Below are positions 39,001-49,001 of a stretch of 64,000 nt of DNA, piece after piece (the first letter of the stretch is position 1; every line of letters begins with the position of its first letter). The stretch comes from Oikopleura dioica (Eukaryota; Animalia; Chordata): the NCBI GenBank assembly GCA_907165135.1, contig OU015568.1, positions 5,084,001 through 5,148,000 on the forward strand. The letters run 5' to 3'. Below the pieces are notes generated by a model. That model had not been told where the DNA came from, did not search any database, and was given only the letters and a program-made list of their open reading frames with translations. The translations under genes were made by a program, and so were the position numbers.

Positions 39001-40607
39001 GAAAAAATTCCCGGCGAACCGAGCGTCATCCCTGATATTTTTTCAGGCACTACAAAGGAGCTTACTTTTTTGGTAACCAGGCCCAATAATTCGTTGCAAC
39101 GAAATATTCGTTAGGAAAACGAATTATTCGTCAGAGTAAAAAACTTTGATGAAGTAGTAAACCGACCCAAAATGAACAGAACCCCCCTTTAGATCTAACC
39201 CAGGGGGCTTTGCCCTTCGGAAACTCTCGTCATTGAGCTTATTTACCTAACCCTTACCCCTTACCCTAATCATAATCCTAACCAATCATATGAGAACCTT
39301 AGGAATATCATTATCGCTTCATACGCTTACTTTTTTCGTAGTTGGACACGAATGCTGCTTGAAAAATCAACTGGAATTTATACAGGAAGCATTTACAATG
39401 ACCAACCATTGTTCAAAGCTGGTATGCTCGGCGAAATCACTCTTCCTAAAGATGGTGAGACTCTCTTCCAAAAATCGCATGACATCAAGGACGAACAAAT
39501 TTCAAATCCAAGAGGGATACTTTTTCTTCTTCGAAACCCATTTGAAGCGGTTGTGGCCGAATGGAAACGTAGATTGACAAAGGGACATACGTCAGATGTA
39601 GAAGAGAATGTTTTCAAGGGCGAAGAATGGCAAAATAAGGGCAGTTATTTTTTGAAGAAATGGAGAACTCTTGCGAAAGAAGTAATTGACGTTTATTTAG
39701 GAAGGGTCGATTCCAATGTACTTAGGGTTTTTATCAGATCAGTTTGCGAGGCGAAGTTAATATATTTAAATATTCTGAAAAGAAAATAAATTGATCTTTT
39801 GAAAGAAAACAAAAACGTTTCACTTCACGTATTTTTTTATGAAAACTTGAAGGCTGATGCTTTACATGAAATGGAACAAATTCTTGATTTTATTGCGCAA
39901 GAGGATTATTTTCATGTTTCTGATCGTAGCACTCGAATGAATTGTTTGAAAAATGTAAGTCCTACTTGCAATACGAAACATGGCTTTTCAAATTTATTCA
40001 AATTTGCTTTTAAGGGGGTAGAACTAGGATTTTCGAAAATAGCCAATTCTAGACCGGTGCTCAAAGCCAGGCAAGCTAAGATATTCAAATTCTCTCTTCA
40101 GCTGAAGATAGAGCAAACTTAGATCTAATAACCTTTTTCTTAAAATATTTTTCGTCATCAAATTTTTGGCGGTAAAGAGGGAAACACCAACCTATCTCAT
40201 CGAAAATCGCCATTTTAGCCTATTCGCGTCCTCAAATTTCTCGAGTCACGTGACTAGTCAAATTTTTTTAATTTTATTTTTTGATAGTTTAACGCGTTTT
40301 CTCGCAACATCTATGAGGAAATTTCGTTAGAATAAGTAAAAACAGGTTTTTCTTATTTAAAAGGGCTCTCGAATATCACTTTTTTCGAAAAATCTAGTTC
40401 TACCCCCTTAAATATTATTTATTTGAGACGCTTGAAGAAACTGAAAAATTTCATCGACCAAAGAAGAAGCCGTCTTTCGAATATTTTACGAAACCAATGA
40501 TTGAAAAAGGAAATCAATATATCAATGAAGTTTACGATCTATTGGAACAGAACAATTTCCCTACTTTTGAGAAACGGAGCTATTTGAAACAAAACACAGC
40601 TTCGTAA
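36051..40607 (+). CDS. Type II Golgi-type protein: O-fucosyltransferase-like domain fused to a WSCD-type PAPS sulfotransferase domain
   Basis: N-terminal signal anchor; [38 protein letters not shown] and [23 protein letters not shown] (O-FucT motifs). The same exon continues to [11 protein letters not shown]|[20 protein letters not shown], then [17 protein letters not shown] and FHRPK (WSCD-type sulfotransferase). Confidence 0.8.
36811..38133. mobile_element. 1323-bp non-autonomous TIR element with TTAA TSD inserted in a coding exon
   Basis: TTAA at 36807-36810 and 38134-38137; ~45-bp TIRs GGGGGAGGTCGACGAGAATCGGGATTTCCGTGACCAAGAATGCGG; flanks rejoin to [14 protein letters not shown]. Confidence 0.92.
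40014..40407. mobile_element. 394-bp intronic MITE with TTAA TSD and GGGGG termini
   Basis: TTAA-GGGGGTAGAACTAGGATTTTCGAAAA ... TTTTCGAAAAATCTAGTTCTACCCCC-TTAA. Confidence 0.88.
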
Positions 40608-40642
40608 GTTAAATAGAATATTGAAAATATGGCTGTCTGAAT

Positions 40643-42347
40643 TTATTTTGCGATAATTCGCCTAAACGGAATGAAAGTAATTATGCTGAAAACAAGCAGG
40701 GCAAACATTATGCAGACATTTGTTAGCAGATTTATCGATGTGTTGATGAAGAAGCAGATCGCGCAGGAACCAGCATCAAGGAACTAGAAAATCGTGAGTC
40801 ATCAAATTTGCGGGCATCAAACCTGATAGAGGGCAAAAGCATAGGATGTCTGGCCCGCAAAACCTTCCGTTACAGAAGAATAGACGACATTCTTATAGAC
40901 TGTGTAGCAAAAACCATTTGCAAAAGCGATATAAAGAACGAGTTCTCTTTTCACAGAATCAAATCCCTTTGGCTGTTCGTCAGTAGCCGCGATATTTGCG
41001 GAAAACGGATGATTAAGCAGGACGAAGACCAACATACTAAGCATCAAAACACTGTTGCAAAGCACAATTGTCACTCTTGAAAAGCGATTCATGATTTTTG
41101 AACCAAAGACAAAAATTCCACCGCCGATTATTCCTCCAACACCGGTCATTAATCCGCATAGTCCTACAGCAGCACTAGCATTTTCGAGGTTCTTTGAATT
41201 TCCGACTGCTGTTGGGTAGACGCCAGTGTAAAATCCGAGGAAAAATCCATCGAAAATGATGAAAGGCGCGAATAAAAGCATCTTTTTCGTGACTTTAAGC
41301 GGCTCATAAGCAAAATTACTACTGAAAATTCAATATTTCTAGAGCCATTCCTAAAAGCTTGAAAGAGCATTTGACTGAATTCACGAACTTCTGTATTCCA
41401 GAGCTCCCATCATCATTTTTGCTTTTGAATCGTTTCTCCAACCCGAGGCATTGTGACTTCAGCGTAAACAGCAATCCACAACCGGTCGAACCGAGAATCG
41501 CGAAAATCGTAAAAATCTGCTTCCTCATCTCAGTATCCACGTACTCTTTCCCCTGCCAAGCGAACATAATGTACAAGTTTCCAGCAAGAAGAGAGCATTG
41601 AAAGATCCCCCAAAAAGTCCCGCTATTTCGCGCCATCAGTTTTTCTGTCCCAGATTGGTGGTGTAGAAAATCTCCTTGAGCCGTCCAAAGAAATGCCGCT
41701 CCAAGACCGTTGAGTGCCGAAACACTGTAGAGAAAGCCTGGAACTGGGTTGAGATACGTCAATATGTAGAGAACATAGGTCGCGGCGGCGATGAACTAGA
41801 ATTTCGGTCACTTTTGAAAGCAAGAAAACTCTTACCATCGTCGTCTTATGGCCAACAAAAGCAACTACCCCAGGAGCAGCGAAATTCGACAAGCAAAAGG
41901 TAATATAAACGATCGACAGGGAAATGTACCCATCTCCGAATTTCTGGTCAACGAACGATTTCTTCACTTTTTTCTCTTTTTCTTCAAAAGTAATGTTCTC
42001 TCCCTTCGACTCTTCCGGCCAGTTAGAGCTGTTGAACTCAAAAAAGGCGTCGTCAATTTCTAGGTTTTCAACAGTTTCGAGTTTAAGCGAGTCGATGATG
42101 TATTTTCCAGCCATGGAAGTTGTTAAAAACGCTTTATTGAGAAATAAGAATTGAATTTTTTGATTTTTTTTCATGAAAAATATACTTTTTCTCTCCCTTT
42201 TCCTGTAAAAACCAGCATAAAAGCGAACCCACACATGAGCACGTTAAACATTTTCCACCCATTAGTCAGCCCTTCTTCGCTTTCTTCTACTTTCAGTTCC
42301 TCTTTCTGCATCTTTTCGCCCTCTTCTTGACTTGGAATATCTTTCAT
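40643..42347 (-). CDS. MFSD11: UNC93-like MFS transporter
   Basis: MFNVLMCGFAFMLVFTAF, GDGYISLSIVY..SNFAAPGVVAFVG, GLGAAFLWTAQG, RNSGTFWGIFQCSLLAGNLY, GFYTGVYPTAVG. Confidence 0.85.
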
Positions 42348-42646
42348 CTCGACTCAGAAGGGGTGGTGCCTGGTAGAAGCAATTCTTGCTGTGAGTTTGC
42401 CGCAAGGGCCGAGTTAATCTGACAGAACGCCACTCGATCTTGCTCAGGTGCATTTCTGAAATTTTTCGACCTCCGCTGTGGGAATATTTTATTGTTAAGA
42501 AAATATCTCCTCGGACTGCAATTTGAACTTTCTACTACGAAAAAATCACGAATTAGGAAGTTTGAATGACTTGATCTTTTATGGAATTTGACATAAAGCC
42601 TTTCTTTCCGCAATAAAAAGCATACACTGCCTCGAAATCATCAAAA

Positions 42647-44158
42647 ATGGGGTTCAAAAGAGAATCAACCCACAGATCAAAAGACCTTGCCAAGAAAAAA
42701 GCGCCTCTTCTCCCTCGTTTTATGAAAAAAAATGGCGAATGCAACATCCGTCAAGACTCAAAAGATAAATTCGAGCGATTCATTTCGGACTTTTTTACAA
42801 CAATTATTGATTTGCCATTCGGAGTATTTATGATTTTTTACTTCTCAATGACATTTTTTGGGTGGATTATTTTCTCTTCTGCTTATTATTTGGATGCGAA
42901 GGTTCGAGGAGATATTGACTATTACAGCGCGAGGGAGAAAATGGACAGACTGACGGTCGAATTTCAGGATAGTTCCAAAGCAATTGGGAGGATCAGAAGA
43001 TTTTCTCCACAGCAATTGATTGAGTTTTCGGTCGAAAACGGAGCCGTAGAGAACAAACTGACAGAAAAGGATCTTTTCTTCCTCAGGTTCATCTTTTCAT
43101 TCCCCTGATTTTTCAATTTTTCGCTAGAAATTTGGACCAAGGCCCTGGTCGAAAATTCTACTGGCTCGTCAATGATACTCACTACCAACGGCCAGTTTGC
43201 TTTGAGCATGTTTACTCCTTCCGAACCGCCTTTCTCTTCTTTCTCGAAACAGAGACTACAGTTGGATATGGCAAGCGAGCTGTAACTGTTCATTGTCCTG
43301 AGGCAATCGTGTTTTTGATCATTCAATGTCTTCTCGGAACACTTGTCGATGCCTTCATGGTCGGTTGTATTTTTATCAAGATTTCAAAACCTCAGGTTCG
43401 TGATTTTTTGCTGATGGTGCGTAAGGGGCTCTAGAATCAAAACGACACGCTGATCTTCTCGGAAAAGGCAGTCATCGCGATACGAGATGGGAGACACACC
43501 TTCATGTTCCGGGTGGCAAATCTTCGCAACTCGCTCTTTGTCAAATGCATCTGCAAGGTCAAATTCATCAAATCCAAGCAGACGATCGAGGCAAGCCCAC
43601 TTATTCACACCCAAAACAAACATGCTTTTAGGGGGAATTCTTGCCGATGGATCAGAAGGACATGGACATTGGAAACATGACAGGAGCTGACAGATTGTTT
43701 CTCGTGACGCCGATGATAATTGAACATGAAATAAATGAGAAAAGCCCGCTGTGGACCATCAGCTAGGGTATTTGAGAGAATCATAGAAGAGAATATCTCA
43801 GATTATTGAATTTCCAAAAAGCAAAGCCAATATGCTGAATGAGCACTTTGAAATCATCGTGCTCTTGGAAGGCGTTTGCGAAGCGACTGGGCAAAGCTCT
43901 CAAGCAAGAACGAGCTATACCAATACTGAAATTCTTTGGGGGTATCGATTCAACCCATTACTGACAATCAGCGGACCAAACAATTCATATTCGACGGATT
44001 ACTCGATGTTCGACGAAATCTACGAGGTGCCAATGACGGAAAATTCTGCTCAATATATTTCTATGAAAAAGAAAAAGGGTCGAGTTTCTCCTTTAGGGTA
44101 AGATTTAGGTGATCTTCAAAAACGAGAATATTTAGGCGAAAACTTGGGAAATCGGTAG
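42647..44158 (+). CDS. Inward-rectifier K+ channel (Kir3/GIRK-like)
   Basis: [65 protein letters not shown]-like segment, [29 protein letters not shown]. Confidence 0.92.
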
Positions 44159-44266
44159 AAAAGATGCGAATTATGAAAATTTACAGTAACGATGCTTGAA
44201 AAATGACGACTATAAGTTTTCTGCAAGTGAAATAAAGAATTTATTATAATTAATTCTCAGTCGGAA

Positions 44267-45725
44267 TTAAAACCAGTTTTGGAGAAAATCAAGAATACGA
44301 AGAATCATTCGAAAAGCACGATTCTTGTCTTCCATGCTTTCATCATCGATATTGACGCTCGGTGGTCGCGTTGTAGAGGATGAGATGGTAGGAGGTCGAG
44401 TTGTAGTTGTCATGCAAGGACAGGGTTCTGACTCTGATCGAGTTGATTCAGTGATGCTTGGAGGACGAGTTGTTGAAGAGGAAACGGTCGGAGGTCGAGT
44501 CGAAGTTGTTGTTGAGACTGATGGAGGTCTTGTCGTCGTTATCGTTGATGAAGAAACTGTTGGAGGCCGCGTTGTTGCAGTTGAGCTTGAAAAAACATTT
44601 GGTGGACGGGTAGAAGTGGTTGTTGAAACTGACGGAGGTCGAGTTGTAGTTGTTGAGCAAGTGCATTGTTTGGTCGTTGAGACTGACGGGGGTCGAGTTG
44701 TTGTTGTCGTCACTAGGGTTCGCAATCAAATAATTTCAAAATTTAAAATTGCTCTAAAAATAACCGTTTTCAGGATTCCCCCCTTTTCAATCATCAAGAT
44801 TTCATTTCTGAAATCAGAATTTAAAAATCTACAGTAGAACTCGAGATATGGCCCCGGAAAAAAGAACGAATTTCATCGGCGCGGGCTGCGCGCTGCGCTG
44901 TATGGGTGGCGCCCGAGTGCTTGAATTTTTGACAGGAGGGTTATTTTGCCTGTATAAATGTATGGTCGAGGTTGCGAAATCGTAGAACACCTGTGACCCA
45001 AGATATTGATTATTTTCCGGAATTTCTAGCTCATAATTTGTTTGTTTGTTTATTTTTCTCATTTTTTTTCGATTTTTTAGATTCCCTTATACCGATTTAC
45101 TATACTAAAATTCAATTTTATTATTATTCAAGATGGTCAAAATTATTTGATTGCGAACCCTAGTCGTCACAGATGGTGGACGAGTGGTGGTAGAGGAAAC
45201 TGTAGGTGGTCTTGTTGTTGTTGTTGAACTGTGGGTCGTTGAAAGCGTTGGTGGTCGGGTCGTCATTGTTCTTGTCGAAGTAGTTGTGGTCGTAGCCTTG
45301 GTTGTTGTGGTCGTTTCCTTAGTTGTTGTTGTAGTTGTCGTAGTTGTCGCTTTTGTTGTAGTTGTAGTAGCCTTCGTCGTCGTTGTCGTCGCCTTCGTAG
45401 TCGTAGTTGTAGTCGTGGTTGTTGTCGTAGTCGTTTGAGTGGAGCAAACAGTTCCACAATTACTCATGCAACAGTGCGACGTATCAGTAGCATAAGCGTG
45501 GTTACAGCCTTGAATAACCGGGTCATAAACAGTCCCACCAGTACAGCTCTTCACCGCCGTCTTCTGATTCTCATAGCAGTGGTAGAATTTCTGGCACTCG
45601 CAATGCGGATAGTGCCCATTATTCGCCTTTGATTCGCAGAAATTAAGATCATCTGTGGATCGACGCTCTCGCAGAAATCCTCTCGCGAAGGCTTCACCGG
45701 CGAAAAGAAAAATGAAAACTTTCAT
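44267..45725 (-). CDS. Secreted chitin-binding (CBM14/peritrophin-A) mucin with TTRPP repeats, interrupted by a MITE
   Basis: Signal peptide MKVFIFLFAGEAFA; FCESKANNGHYPHCECQKFYHCYENQKTAVKSCTGGTVYDPVIQGCN; long Thr tract and many TTRPP units. Confidence 0.85.
44714..45162. mobile_element. 449-bp hAT-like MITE inserted in the mucin coding exon
   Basis: Perfect 23-bp TIR TAGGGTTCGCAATCAAATAATTT; 8-bp TSD GTCGTCAC at 44706-44713 and 45163-45170. Confidence 0.93.
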
Positions 45726-46033
45726 TTTATCGGAAAGTGATCATTTTGGAACGATTTATGGACGTTTTTATATTTCAATGGAGACAAAAAAGTTTCAGAG
45801 GAGTAAATAACGGAAAAGAATGATAAAACACTTCCGCCAGAAGTTTCCAATCGCGACAATACAAAGAGCTTGAGTGATTTAATAACGAAATATATGAAAG
45901 AACTTTTCATTCAAATTCATGTCGCTGTACTCTTTCGCGCTCTCTGCAAACTCCAATAACAAGCATGAGTCCTAAAATCAGCAGTACAGAATTCAGAAGC
46001 GAATTGAAGAAAGCAGCAGGATAGGGATTTTTC

Positions 46034-46961
46034 TCAGTGATCTAAAAATTTTGCACCCTTGCTCAATTTTTGAGAAGGAATTACCACTTTTGAAATTGCG
46101 CTCAAATCGACAATCAAGGCAATGAAAATAAAAAACCAAATCGCAAGAAGAATTTTCTCATGCTTCTTATTGAGACCTAAAAAACTAAAATAAAAATCAG
46201 AAATGGAACTGTTACCTAGAGAAATTTGGTTTGACCAGATGATCAAGATCGCGATCCCGAGGCTTATATGTTGCAAAAATACGGCTCCTCCCCAGGTGCG
46301 AAAAATTGGAACGCTTGATTCATGAACTTCTTTTATAACGAGATATTCTCTGATTTCTTTCTTGTTTTCACTTTTTTCAGTGTTTGTTTTTCTTGTCTCT
46401 TTATCGCTTTCCGTGTCTGTGCCAGGGTCAGACTCCTCTGTTGTTGGTTTCGTTGTTGTAGTGGTAGCCTTTTCGGTTGTCGTAGTTGTCTTCGTTGTTG
46501 CTGCTGTTGAAGTTGCCTTCGTAGTCGTCGTCGTCGCTTTTGTCGTTGTTGGTTTTTGTGTTGTAGTCGTAGCCTTAGTTGTTGTTGTAGTTTTTGTAGT
46601 TGGTGCATCAGTTGTAGTAGCCTCTGGTCTTGTCGTTGACGCCTTCGTCGTTGTGGTAATTGTTGTAGTTGTGTTCGGTTGGAAGTCCAATTCTATCGCC
46701 TCAAAAGTGACATTGCAAAGAAGCAATGTTCTCAATTTATTATCGCCAATTTCTTTGGTAGTGTTCAACTTGAACTTCAAGTCATCAAAACACTTTGAAA
46801 AATCAAGGATGTCGTTTGGCCAGCCCTTAATCTTCAGTTGAGTAATATAACTTAATTCTATGACTCACGGTTATCTCGTATTCTGTATGATTGAAACTCT
46901 CTTCCGAAGAATCATCACAGGAGCAAAAATTAATCAGAAAATAAGCCAAAGTGAGCTTCAT
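46034..46961 (-). CDS. Thr-rich mucin-like membrane protein (signal peptide, two C-terminal hydrophobic segments)
   Basis: Exon 1 MKLTLAYFLINFCSC..YEIT with a gtgagt donor; exon 2 has TTTK repeats, then GGAVFLQHISLGIAILIIW and ILLAIWFFIFIALIV. Confidence 0.65.
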
Positions 46962-49001
46962 TCTTTCAATAAAGCTCTGGAAACTAAGCCGAGATGGACA
47001 AAACTAAGCATTGTTCATGGGTCGGAAACAAACTCATTTTTCTATCGTAGGAACCATTCAAAGTCATCAAGCTAGAAAAAATGGAAGCATCAAATGGCAA
47101 TTGTTAATAATTCAACATGTGATGGAAAAATATAAAATTTTTTATAAAAAAAATAGCGCTGATCAAGTTGTTTTGCCGAGAAAGCGTGTAATTCAAAACA
47201 AGCCCCAAAGATTGACACGGATCCGTCACCGCGTCTAAGCGCTTTAAAATTCAAGTTCCATTTTCCAGTTGCCAACCTTTTAAGATGACCTTTTTGGCTG
47301 GGAGAAAAGATGCTTGCTGATGAGTTTGAAAAAAGGGTTGACTTTTAAACGGTCCCCAAAATGACGAAATCTGACGTTTTCGTACTAAAATAACCGGAAA
47401 ATCTGATTTTTCAGATTTTTACAGATTTCTCGCAAAATATTCTAAAATCTCGACAACGAAAACTGGCGACTTTTCGAAATTTCAACCGTTTAAAATTGAA
47501 TTAGAAATTGACCTTTTCCGAACTGTCCAAGTTCAGCCGAGTACTCGAGAGCAGCGCTTATCCGATTTTGCTCAGACACGCTTTGGCTCAAAATAAGTGC
47601 ACTTGAATGAACCTGTTGAGCTTTAAAAATTCAGGGGTGATGCAAGAATGACAATTTAGTGTTCCGTTCCTGAATTCGCCAGTCACAAATCGCGAATCTT
47701 GGTTTCAGGCTTCTAAATATTCAGCAGCCCTTTTGTCTAAGCTCAAGTTAGATCAGGTTCGCATATAATCGGATTATCAGTTATCCTTGATGACAGGAAA
47801 TTATACAAAGAGCTCTCCATAAGTGATAGACCCAGCTCAGAATTCACTTTGCGGGTCAAGAAAATATGGTCTTTCTAAAATGAATGAGTGAATTCAAGAG
47901 CAAACAATTGTTAAATCAGCTCTAGTAATATTTGATTACGCAGCATCTGAAAATGGACACGCTGTCTGTTATCTTTTCGTTTTACGGAGGATAATAAATC
48001 AATGGTTCTTGCGAATTTCTTTCCGAATGTCTGAAAAACCGTTTTTACCGATCAACGAGTTCAGAATTTTATTTCTAGAGTGATCAATTCAAACAGGAGA
48101 ATATTTAATTATCAATAATCTGTTGCTAAAAACGTGTGATCTTGCCAATTATTTTGGTAACGGCTCATTGTTCGAACTTCGAAGACTTTATTTTTAAACG
48201 CAAAAATCAGCAGAAACCTCCAGAAGAACAGGGATTTTTGATGATACTAGGGACGTTGCAATGACTTCTGTGCTCACCGATAGATCTCCATCAAAATCGA
48301 GTCTTTGAAAAGGAAAAGGATATTCTACACCAGCGACAAGGAAAATTGAATTGTCAATTCTGATGGCTGATCCCCATCAATCAGCCTAAATTCAAAAGAG
48401 CTTCTTTTTAAAGGATTCTCTTACATTCTGAAGGTCATAGTCCAGATATCAGAATACCAGAGCCGGTTTTATATTCGTTGATAAGTCGTTGAGGCTGTTT
48501 TTCCATTCGCATCCTTCTAATTTAGCAATCTTAGGATGGTTTAAATTTAATAAACTGATCAAAAAAAAATAATTTTTGCTGATCAGCAGTGTTTCTATTA
48601 AATATAAAGCTCGCCATTAATATGGGCATGAGAAGTTTGTCCAACTTAAAAATCATCTGGTGCTGAAAATTGTTGGTGTCGTATTAAACAAGTAATGTAT
48701 ATCTAGCATATGTTTTAACCGGCTTGAAATTTGAAATAGATGGAACATTCATCTCTTGGGCATTTTAGAACGATGAAACAATCTGAACCCGGACAAACGA
48801 ACGGTAGCTCCCGCGCGTAACCTTTTCCTAATGCTTTTCTTGACAGGCGCGCGTTGTCACGAGCGCTCTCTCACTCCACCGCGTAATCGCGCGCAATATT
48901 AAAACCCTTCGTTTCTCTTGTTTCCCACACGGCAATAATCCGTTATTTCCCATTTTTTGATATACTTTTTTATAAAGAAATATCAAAAGTAGCTAGCGAA
49001 A

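Noticed and set aside
38926-39075. Hairpin-rich intronic segment with a 15-bp stem and 10-bp terminal inverted match
   Set aside because: Possibly a small MITE, but the termini are short and no TSD could be assigned.
47580-47880. Minus-strand fragments faintly resembling kinase subdomains (LMESSLYNFL, ITPEFL)
   Set aside because: Stops and frame changes, and no HRD, DFG or glycine loop found. Cannot be supported without a homology search.
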